A stretch of 64,000 bases of DNA from contig JAUXUD010000014.1 in the NCBI GenBank assembly GCA_030680835.1, forward strand, positions 18,965 through 82,964. The letters run 5' to 3'. This stretch comes from Bacteroidota bacterium (GTDB lineage Bacteria; Bacteroidota; Bacteroidia; UKL13-3). Each line of letters begins with the position of its first letter. Position 1 is the first letter of the stretch. Made by a program: the position numbers and the translations under genes. Positions 56,143-64,000 of the stretch are shown here, piece after piece. The notes beneath the pieces were generated by a model that was given only the letters and a program-made list of their open reading frames with translations, had not been told where the DNA came from and did no database searches.

Positions 56143-57417
56143 ATGAAGCTTAATAGACTACTTATCTTAGCCGTTTCATTCCTTATCACAATCAACCTGG
56201 CGAAAGCCGATGTTGCGGAGGGAGAAAAACTATTCAAGGCCAATTGTACTTCGTGCCATGCAATTCACGACAAAATTGTTGGGCCGGCTTTAAAAGATGT
56301 GCATAAACGTAGGGATGCCAAATGGTTGATTAAATGGATTAAAAATTCACCGGCAATGGTACAATCGGGTGATGCTACGGCGGTTCAATTGTTTAAGGAC
56401 AATAATAGCATGCCGATGCTTGCATTTGAGAACCTGAGTGATGCGCAAATTGCATCGATGGTAGAATACATTAAGCAGGAAAGTGAAAAACCTCCGGTTG
56501 CAGCCGTTGCTGCAGTTACTACCGGCGGAAATAAAAGCGGTGGCAATGGACTTTATAGCAATACCACTTTTATTGCATTAAGTGTAATGGCACTGGTTTT
56601 ATTAGTGATTGTTTTCATTTTATTCAGAATTAAAAAAGTTGTTGAAGAATTATACAAACAAAAATTTCCGGAAGCTGCGGCTGCTGAAAAGGCTGTTACC
56701 CTAAGCTGGAAAACGAACCGCTCCGATTTCCGTTATAAATTATTTAAAAAACATCCGGTAGTGGGTACCTTGTTTGTGATGTTAACCTTCACCCTGATAT
56801 TTGGTTTATATGGTTTTGATTATGGCAATAAAGTAATTGGGGTTCAAAAAGGATATGCCCCCGCGCAACCGATTAATTATTCGCATCAGTTGCATGCAGG
56901 TACGTACAAAATAAATTGTTTGTATTGCCATAGCGGTGCTGATAAAGGCAAACAGGCCTCTATCCCTTCTGCAGGTACTTGTATGAACTGCCATATGCAT
57001 GTTACTGCCAGTGCAAAATACAATGGAAACATTTCTCCGGAGATACAAAAAATTTATAATGCAGTGGGCTGGGATGCAGTTAAACGTACTTATGATCCTG
57101 CATTACCCAAGACTCCTATCAAATGGGTGCGGATTCACAATTTACCGGATCATGCCTATTTTAATCATGCACAGCATGTAAAAATTGGAAAGGTAGAATG
57201 CCAGGCTTGTCATGGTCCGATTGAAACCATGGCTGTTGTTTCGCAGCAACGCAGTTTGCAAATGGGATGGTGCATTAACTGTCACCGTGATGCCAAAGTG
57301 GATGTTGCCAATAATGACTACTATGAAAAATTACATGCCGGTTTAAAAATTGATGGCAAAGAATTTATAACAGTAGCTCAAAACGGTGGTTTGGAATGTG
57401 GTAAATGCCACTACTAA
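56143..57417 (+). CDS. actA: Alternative complex III multiheme cytochrome c subunit (monoheme + pentaheme)
   Basis: Six CxxCH motifs (CTSCH, CLYCH, CMNCH, CQACH, CINCH, CGKCH); QPINYSH..H, W.RIHNLPD..FNHAQH. Confidence 0.93.
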   Translation: MKLNRLLILAVSFLITINLAKADVAEGEKLFKANCTSCHAIHDKIVGPALKDVHKRRDAKWLIKWIKNSPAMVQSGDATAVQLFKDNNSMPMLAFENLSDAQIASMVEYIKQESEKPPVAAVAAVTTGGNKSGGNGLYSNTTFIALSVMALVLLVIVFILFRIKKVVEELYKQKFPEAAAAEKAVTLSWKTNRSDFRYKLFKKHPVVGTLFVMLTFTLIFGLYGFDYGNKVIGVQKGYAPAQPINYSHQLHAGTYKINCLYCHSGADKGKQASIPSAGTCMNCHMHVTASAKYNGNISPEIQKIYNAVGWDAVKRTYDPALPKTPIKWVRIHNLPDHAYFNHAQHVKIGKVECQACHGPIETMAVVSQQRSLQMGWCINCHRDAKVDVANNDYYEKLHAGLKIDGKEFITVAQNGGLECGKCHY

Positions 57418-57476
57418 ATTTCTGAACCCAGAACGAATGTTTGTTTCAACAACAATTAACAGGAAAAAAATTATCA

Positions 57477-60400
57477 ATGGAAAATAAAAATCAATATTGG
57501 AGAGGCTTAGAGGAATTAAACAATGATCCCAAATTTTTAGCGGGAAAGAAACGTGAATTTGCAGAAGGCATACCCCTGGAAGATGTGTTTACTGAAGAAG
57601 ATGGTGGGCTGAACTCGAACCGCAGAGATTTTTTGAAATATTTCGGTTTTGGAATTTCTGCAGTTGCATTGGCAGCCTGTAATAAAACTCCCATTAAAAA
57701 TGCAATCCCCTATATTATAAAACCCGAAAATATTACTCCGGGTACCCCCAACTGGTATGCATCCACCTGCAATGCATGTGCTGCCAATTGCAGTATATTG
57801 GTTAAAACCCGTGAAGGCCGTCCGATTAAAATTGAAGGCAATGCGGAGTCGCCGGTTTTTAAAGGAGCAACCTGCGGCATGGGCCAGGCAAGCCTTTTGG
57901 GCTTATATGATAATGAGCGTTTACGCAAACCCAAAGCAAAAGGGAATGATGTGAGCTGGGAAACATTGGATGCTGAAATAAAAACGGCTTTGGCCGGATC
58001 AAAAAATATCAGGTTAATTAGTGGTACGGTAAACAGTCCCTCTACCAAAAAAGCCATAGCTGAATTCACAGCAAAATATCCTTCCACACAACATATTCAA
58101 TACGAAGCAAACTCGATGGGTGCGCTTGCGGAAGCAACCAAACGTGCATTTGGTAAAGCAGTAGTTCCCGGATATCGTTTTGATAAAGCAAATGTAATTG
58201 TAAGTTTTGGGGCAGACTTTTTAGGTACCTGGATTTCGCCGGTAGAATATACCAAACAATGGACGGTTAACCGGAGACCGGAAAACAAAAACATGAGCCG
58301 CCATATTCAATTGGAATCGTATCTTTCGTTAAGCGGTTCGAATGCCGATGTGCGTTATCCGATAAAACCGTCGGCTGAAGGTGCATATATTATCAGCTTA
58401 TATAACCGCATTGCTTCTTTAGCAGGTGCTCCCCAATTGGGCACCATGCCTGCCGTTGAATTGCCTTTAGATGGAATTACTACCATGGCCAAAGAATTAT
58501 GGGCAGCCAAAGGCCAGTCATTAGTAGTTTGTGGTTCCAATAATATTGATCATCAGTTATTGGTTCATGCCATTAATAATATGCTTGGAAATATTGGCAA
58601 TACAGTTGATTTAAACAACTACAGCAACCAGCATTATAGCGATGATGCTGCCTTTGAAACATTCGCAAAAGAACTGGAAAGCGGTGTTGTAGATGCAGTT
58701 ATTTTTTATAATACCAATCCGGTTTACAGTTATTATAACGGAGCCAAACTGGCTGCTTCCATAAAGAAAGCCAAGGTAAGTATTGCCAGCAATACAAACC
58801 TGGATGAAACTTCAGAGAATTGCCAGTACAATGCACCTGATCATCATTTTCTGGAAGCATGGAATGACAATGAACCTAAGGCAGGGTATTTCACATTTAC
58901 ACAACCCAGCATTTCAAATGTTTTTCAAACCAGGCAGATGCAGGAAAGTTTATTGAACTGGGCCGGAAATACAAGTAACTATTACGACTATTTAAAAAAC
59001 AACTGGGCATCACGCTTAAGTGGTGAAACTTGGGTGAAGGCCATTCATGATGGTTTTTACATACAGCCTGTTGCCGCTTCAAACACCAGCTTTAACGCAG
59101 ATTTAAATGCTGCTGTGAGTCCGGCTTACTCGGTTTATACCACAGCGAAAACAAAATTAGAGCTTAAGTTATATTCTAAAATAGGCGTTCGTGATGGTTC
59201 AAACGGACATAACCCCTGGTTGCAGGAATTGCCTGATCCGATTAGTAAAGTATGCTGGGATAATTATGCATGCATAGGAAATGCAACAGCAAAAGAACTG
59301 AATATAAAAGATGGTGACCTGATTAATATTAATTTAAAAGGTTCAAAAATTGAAGCAGTACCGGTTTTGGTTCAACCCGGACAACCCAATAATGTGATAG
59401 CCCTGGCAATTGGTTACGGACGCACCAGCGGCGGAAAAGCAGGTAAGAATGTAGGTAAGAATGCATATCCTGCAAGCAGCTTTATGAATTCTTTTTCTTT
59501 TATTAATACGGATATTACTATTGAAAAAGCAGATGGTGAATATGAACTGGCACATACCCAAACTCACCATACCATTGAAGGAAGAAATCTGATTAAAGAA
59601 ACTTCATTGAATGAGTATAATAAAGATAACAAATCGGATAACCAGGATACCCATAAAGTAATTAAAGAGCAAGGCAATTTGATTACACTTTGGGATGAAC
59701 GCGACCATAAAGGTCATCGTTGGGCTATGGCCGTTGACATGAACAAATGCACAGGTTGCGGCTCATGTGTGGTGAGCTGTAATGCCGAAAATAATGTTCC
59801 TGTTGTAGGTAGAAAAGAAGTATTGGTAAGCAGGGAAATGCACTGGATTCGTATTGACCGCTACTATCGTTTTAGTAATGCTACCGATAATAAAATTACA
59901 AAGGAAGACGATTACAATAAAGAAAATTCGGGCATTAATTTCGAGAATGTAAGTGTTACGTTTCAACCGATGTTATGTCAGCAATGCGGACATGCACCTT
60001 GCGAAACGGTGTGCCCGGTAATTGCAACTGTACATAGCAGTGAAGGTTTGAACCATATGGCGTATAACCGTTGTGTGGGAACCCGCTATTGTGCGAATAA
60101 CTGTCCGTATAAAGTACGCAGGTTTAACTGGTTTAAATACCGTGCCAACGATCAGTTTGATTTTAACTTCAACAACGATTTGGGACGTATGGTTATTAAT
60201 CCGGATGTTACGGTTCGGTCGCGCGGGGTAATGGAAAAATGTTCATTCTGTGTACAAAGAATACAGGCAGGTAAATTAATGGCCAAAATGGAAAACAGAA
60301 TTGTAAAAGATGGAGATATAAAAACAGCCTGTCAGCAATCATGCCCTGCCGATGCGATTATTTTTGGAGATATCAATGATGAGAAAAGTGAGGTAAGAAA

Positions 60401-60512
60401 ATATTTTGAGAATGACCGTTCGTTCTTTTTATTGGAAGAATATAATGTTCAGCCTTCGGTAACGTATTTGACGAAGGTGAGGAATGTTGGGGAGAAATTG
60501 GTTAACACCTAG
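57477..60512 (+). CDS. actB: Alternative complex III subunit B (molybdopterin-oxidoreductase-like + Fe-S domain)
   Basis: YWRGLEEL, TAT motif NRRDFLK, LAAC, REGRPIKIEGN, CTGCGSC..SC, CQQC..APCE.VCP, CVGTRYC.NNCPYKVRRFN, RGVMEKC. Confidence 0.94.
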   Translation: MENKNQYWRGLEELNNDPKFLAGKKREFAEGIPLEDVFTEEDGGLNSNRRDFLKYFGFGISAVALAACNKTPIKNAIPYIIKPENITPGTPNWYASTCNACAANCSILVKTREGRPIKIEGNAESPVFKGATCGMGQASLLGLYDNERLRKPKAKGNDVSWETLDAEIKTALAGSKNIRLISGTVNSPSTKKAIAEFTAKYPSTQHIQYEANSMGALAEATKRAFGKAVVPGYRFDKANVIVSFGADFLGTWISPVEYTKQWTVNRRPENKNMSRHIQLESYLSLSGSNADVRYPIKPSAEGAYIISLYNRIASLAGAPQLGTMPAVELPLDGITTMAKELWAAKGQSLVVCGSNNIDHQLLVHAINNMLGNIGNTVDLNNYSNQHYSDDAAFETFAKELESGVVDAVIFYNTNPVYSYYNGAKLAASIKKAKVSIASNTNLDETSENCQYNAPDHHFLEAWNDNEPKAGYFTFTQPSISNVFQTRQMQESLLNWAGNTSNYYDYLKNNWASRLSGETWVKAIHDGFYIQPVAASNTSFNADLNAAVSPAYSVYTTAKTKLELKLYSKIGVRDGSNGHNPWLQELPDPISKVCWDNYACIGNATAKELNIKDGDLININLKGSKIEAVPVLVQPGQPNNVIALAIGYGRTSGGKAGKNVGKNAYPASSFMNSFSFINTDITIEKADGEYELAHTQTHHTIEGRNLIKETSLNEYNKDNKSDNQDTHKVIKEQGNLITLWDERDHKGHRWAMAVDMNKCTGCGSCVVSCNAENNVPVVGRKEVLVSREMHWIRIDRYYRFSNATDNKITKEDDYNKENSGINFENVSVTFQPMLCQQCGHAPCETVCPVIATVHSSEGLNHMAYNRCVGTRYCANNCPYKVRRFNWFKYRANDQFDFNFNNDLGRMVINPDVTVRSRGVMEKCSFCVQRIQAGKLMAKMENRIVKDGDIKTACQQSCPADAIIFGDINDEKSEVRKYFENDRSFFLLEEYNVQPSVTYLTKVRNVGEKLVNT

Positions 60513-60643
60513 AGACGCCATAAATGGCGTCTGTACGGGTGGAAGCGGAACATTGGATGGGAAATGGGGTGGAAGCCGAATATTGGGTGGTAACATGTAA
60601 AGACGCCATTTATGGCGTCTCCTGGTGGAAGCCAAATATTGGA
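60512..60643. repeat. Inverted REP pair (REPIN-like) interleaved with three GGTGGAAGC..AA.ATTGG direct repeats
   Basis: GAGACGCCATAAATGGCGTCTGTAC (60512-60536) vs GTAAAGACGCCATTTATGGCGTCTC (60597-60621), 1 mismatch; direct repeats at 60538, 60568, 60624. Confidence 0.85.
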
Positions 60644-60674
60644 TATTGAAAATTTTAAAAACAAACAGTAAAAA

Positions 60675-62096
60675 ATGTCATACGAATCACCAATTAGAGA
60701 TCAATTAGTAACGGGGGGTAAAACGTATCATGATGTATCGAGCGACATCACACGTCCGTTGGAAAATGCACCAACAAAAAGCTGGTGGTTTGGTTTCAGC
60801 ATTTCCTCTATCGTTCTGGCCATATGGATAGGTACCACCACCTATACCATGTTAGTAGGTATTGGGGCCTGGGGTTTAAATAAAACAGTGGGTTGGGCAT
60901 TTGATATTACCAACTTTGTATTCTGGATTGGTATTGGACACGCAGGTACGCTTATCTCGGCGGTATTGTTATTATTCCGCCAGAAATGGAGAATGTCAAT
61001 TAACCGCTCGGCAGAAGCGATGACCATTTTTGCGGTAGTGTGCGCAGCGTCATTTATTTTATCCCATATGGGGCGTCCATGGGTAGCTTATTGGCCTATT
61101 CCGTTACCCAATGCATTTGGTACTTTATGGGTGAACTTTAACTCACCATTGGTTTGGGATGTATTTGCCATCTCTACTTATTTCACCGTGTCGCTGATAT
61201 TCTGGTATTGCGGTTTGATTCCGGATATTGCAACGGTAAGAGACCGTGCTAAAACAAAAATGCGCAAGTTCTGGTATGGCTTTTTTGCCATGGGCTGGAC
61301 GGGTTCAACCCGTACCTGGCACCGTTATGAAGTGATCAGTTTGATTTTGGCGGGTATCTCTACTCCCCTTGTACTTTCGGTTCACTCCATTGTATCTATG
61401 GACTTTGCTACATCACTGGTACCGGGATGGCATACAACCATCTTCCCTCCATACTTTGTTGCCGGTGCGATTTTTTCGGGATTTGGAATGGTACTTACCT
61501 TGTTGGTAGTTGCTCGTGAAGTGATGGGCTATAAAAATTATATCACCACCGAGCATTTGGATGCCATGGCAAAAATTGTGATGGTAACCGGTACGATGGT
61601 GGGTTTGGCATATATCACCGAATTTTTTGTTGCCGCTTATTCAGGAATGGAATATGAGCAATACGCTTTTTTTAACCGTGCCTTTGGACCTTACTGGTGG
61701 GCATATTGGACCATGATGAGTTGCAATCTGTTGGCACCTCAGGTCTTTTGGTCGCGCTGGGCACGTACTACACCCTGGTTCTTATTTATTATGTCAATCA
61801 TTGTAAATATTGGAATGTGGTTCGAACGATTTGTAATTATCGTTACTTCATTACACCGGGATTTCTTACCTTCCAGCTGGACCATGTATACTCCTACCCT
61901 TATTGAAGTAAGTATTTTAATCGGATCCTTCGGATTGTTTTTCTTCCTGTTCTTTTTATTTATTAAATTTTTACCTTCTATCAATATGGCTGAAATAAAA
62001 AGCATTATGCATGTAGGTTCAGATGATGATCACACACACCATACCGAACATCATGATAAACCTGTAACTGAGAAAGGAGCTGTACATGGAGTCTGA
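60675..62096 (+). CDS. actC: Alternative complex III NrfD/PsrC-type quinol-binding subunit
   Basis: FVFWIGIGHAGTLISA, INRSAEAMT, SPLVWDVFA, SVHSIVS.DFA, GWHTTIFPPYFV.GA, GMWFERF. Confidence 0.95.
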   Translation: MSYESPIRDQLVTGGKTYHDVSSDITRPLENAPTKSWWFGFSISSIVLAIWIGTTTYTMLVGIGAWGLNKTVGWAFDITNFVFWIGIGHAGTLISAVLLLFRQKWRMSINRSAEAMTIFAVVCAASFILSHMGRPWVAYWPIPLPNAFGTLWVNFNSPLVWDVFAISTYFTVSLIFWYCGLIPDIATVRDRAKTKMRKFWYGFFAMGWTGSTRTWHRYEVISLILAGISTPLVLSVHSIVSMDFATSLVPGWHTTIFPPYFVAGAIFSGFGMVLTLLVVAREVMGYKNYITTEHLDAMAKIVMVTGTMVGLAYITEFFVAAYSGMEYEQYAFFNRAFGPYWWAYWTMMSCNLLAPQVFWSRWARTTPWFLFIMSIIVNIGMWFERFVIIVTSLHRDFLPSSWTMYTPTLIEVSILIGSFGLFFFLFFLFIKFLPSINMAEIKSIMHVGSDDDHTHHTEHHDKPVTEKGAVHGV

Positions 62097-62616
62097 TAAA
62101 TTATTAATTTTAGGGATTTATGACAATCCTGATAAAACCTATACGGCCACAAAAAAACTCATCGCCGGTGGCTATGAAATATTTGATGTGTATTCTCCAT
62201 TCGCGATACATGGGTTGGACCGGGTGATGGGTATTAAGAGAACACGCCTTTCCATTGCTGCATTTGTATTTGCCATGACGGGACTTTCGCTGGCATTAAT
62301 ATTTATGATTTATACCTCCTATTTTGACTGGCAAATAAATGTAGGTGGTAAGCCTTCATTGCATATACCCACTTATATTCCGATTACTTTTGAGTTGGGT
62401 ATCTTATTTACTGCTATTGGTATGGTTACCTGTTTTTTTATTGTGAACCGAATGTTCTGGGGCAAGAATGCCGACATTATGGATATTCGGGTAACAGACG
62501 ATTTATTTGTGGTTGCTGTAGATGTTAAAAAAAGCAAAGCAGATATTGGCATGCTGAACCAAATGTTAATTGATAACGGTGCCATTGAAGTGAGAGAAAG
62601 GATTAAAGAAGTATGA
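62086..62616 (+). CDS. actD: Alternative complex III subunit D (DUF3341)
   Basis: YSPFAIHGLD, NVGGKP, PITFEL. Confidence 0.9.
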   Translation: MESDKLLILGIYDNPDKTYTATKKLIAGGYEIFDVYSPFAIHGLDRVMGIKRTRLSIAAFVFAMTGLSLALIFMIYTSYFDWQINVGGKPSLHIPTYIPITFELGILFTAIGMVTCFFIVNRMFWGKNADIMDIRVTDDLFVVAVDVKKSKADIGMLNQMLIDNGAIEVRERIKEV

Positions 62617-63224
62617 AATTGAAATTTTTATATAACGCGCTTATCATCGGTTCAGGCATTGCAATCCTTGCAGGTTGCGGTGCAGGAGGGAACAGTACCG
62701 GTTATGAATATGCACCGAATATGTACCACTCATTTGCGTATGAACCTTTTACACAAATGGCTGATGAACCCAATACCATTAATCCGAATGGGATGAACAT
62801 GCGTTTGCCTGCACCCAATACCATTGCAAGGGGACAAATGGATTATACAAATTACAGTTTTACTGTCAGCAATGCGTCGTATGAAGCTTCAGCGTCTTTA
62901 AAAAACCCAGTTGCTTCTTCTCCGGCAGTACTGGCAGAAGCAAAAACTTTATATAATATCAATTGTACTCCATGCCATGGTGATGCCGGAAAAGGGGATG
63001 GCTCGATTGTAGCAGATGGGAAATTTCCTCCTCCTCCTGCTTATGATTCAGACCGGATCAAGACCACTCCTGATGGAAAATTGTTTTATTCGATTCGTTA
63101 CGGAAAAAACCTGATGGGTGCGTATGGCACGGTATTAAGTCCGAAACAAATATGGACAGTAATCCATTATATAAGAACCGTAAGCGGACCGTATAAGGCA
63201 GCTGCATTAACCGCATCTAAATAA
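62613..63224 (+). CDS. actE: Alternative complex III monoheme cytochrome c lipoprotein
   Basis: Lipobox LAGC, PNMY.S..YE, CTPCHG..GKGDG, M..Y. Confidence 0.9.
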   Translation: MKLKFLYNALIIGSGIAILAGCGAGGNSTGYEYAPNMYHSFAYEPFTQMADEPNTINPNGMNMRLPAPNTIARGQMDYTNYSFTVSNASYEASASLKNPVASSPAVLAEAKTLYNINCTPCHGDAGKGDGSIVADGKFPPPPAYDSDRIKTTPDGKLFYSIRYGKNLMGAYGTVLSPKQIWTVIHYIRTVSGPYKAAALTASK

Positions 63225-63250
63225 CATACAAACCCAAGAAAACTATTACA

Positions 63251-64000
63251 ATGGAACACGAAGAAGTTCATATAAGAGAAGAAAAATATCTGATTACTGA
63301 AGGCAACAAAAAATGGGCTTTTGGTTTAATGATTATCGGTTTGATTTTAGCTGCAATAGGCTATTTTACATACCACCCCCATATTGAAGGTTTGTCGGAA
63401 CACGACTTACATCACCTTTCCCTGAAACGTTTGTTAAGCAATATATTGGTTAACGGTTATTTCTTTTTTATCATTTCGGTTTGTGCCGCGGTGTTTATTG
63501 CCATCAGTCAGATTGCCAATGCAGGCTGGTATGTAGCCATACGCAGGATTCCGGAGGCCATGAGTGAATACACAGTACCGGGAGGTATCATAGTTATAGT
63601 GTTAACACTTTTTGGATTATCGACCTTATACCACTGGGCACATGAAGGCATTATGACCAAGGGCAGTGCCAATTATGATGCTTTACTTGCTGGAAAGAGC
63701 TGGTATTTAAACAAGCCTTTTTACTTTATCAGAATGGTATTGTTTATTGGATTCTGGATATTTTGTGCTTTTATGATCCGCAAATATTCACGCAATGAAG
63801 ATGAGGTGGGCGGGCTCGTAAATTTCAAAAAAACCTACGCATTATCTGCGGCCTTTGTGGTAATTTTTGCATTCACTTTTTCCATGTATTCATGGGATCA
63901 GATCATGAGTATTGATGCACATTGGTATTCAACTATTTTCTCGGTTTATAATTTTGCTACGGGTTGGGTAAGTGCATTAACCATCATTTATTTATTTACC
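63251..64000 (+). CDS. actF: Alternative complex III subunit F (3' truncated by window edge)
   Basis: Open frame from ATG 63251: ...AGWYVAIRRIPEAM...YHWA...KSWYLNKPF..IR...WDQIMSIDAHWYSTIFS; absent from the ORF track because it has no stop in the window. Confidence 0.9.
   Translation, partial: MEHEEVHIREEKYLITEGNKKWAFGLMIIGLILAAIGYFTYHPHIEGLSEHDLHHLSLKRLLSNILVNGYFFFIISVCAAVFIAISQIANAGWYVAIRRIPEAMSEYTVPGGIIVIVLTLFGLSTLYHWAHEGIMTKGSANYDALLAGKSWYLNKPFYFIRMVLFIGFWIFCAFMIRKYSRNEDEVGGLVNFKKTYALSAAFVVIFAFTFSMYSWDQIMSIDAHWYSTIFSVYNFATGWVSALTIIYLFT

Noticed and set aside
868..62585. Numerous short minus-strand and alternate-frame ORFs in the track
   Set aside because: They are mostly shadows of well-supported + strand genes or of repeats, with no recognisable motifs.
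56143..64000. ACIII operon as a novel system
   Set aside because: Gene order and the six-heme ActA match the described Bacteroidota (Flavobacterium-type) complex.

Overview
AT-rich Bacteroidota-type DNA with all real genes on the + strand. The taxon call rests on the lack of Shine-Dalgarno motifs, A-rich start contexts, TAnnTTTG promoter motifs, an XrtF exosortase and a Flavobacterium-type ActA. Bases 1-55,681 are one very large surface-polysaccharide locus. It encodes legionaminic/nonulosonic acid synthesis with a HisF/HisH/amidotransferase acetamidino module, Wzm/Wzt export, and a CDP-sugar branch with a C-methyltransferase-aminotransferase fusion. It also has an ACP acylation cassette, many glycosyltransferases, a Wzy/ligase-like protein, a kinase + methyltransferase pair, FdtAB, FnlABC (WbjBCD), Gmd, WlbABC, an exosortase F pair and a CapD/PglF dehydratase. 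Bases 56,143-64,000 are the alternative complex III operon (actABCDE, partial actF). The most unusual signal lies between about 38.5 and 61 kb, where many gene junctions carry hairpin elements built from short-period (7, 8 or 9-10 nt) repeats and their reverse complements. One set encloses a four-helix-bundle (IVS/Avd-like) gene, and several are read through in frame inside enzymes (two in WbjD/WecB, one composite in WlbA). Several REP/MITE-like palindromes are nested among them. All product calls come from motif recognition by eye; no searches were run.
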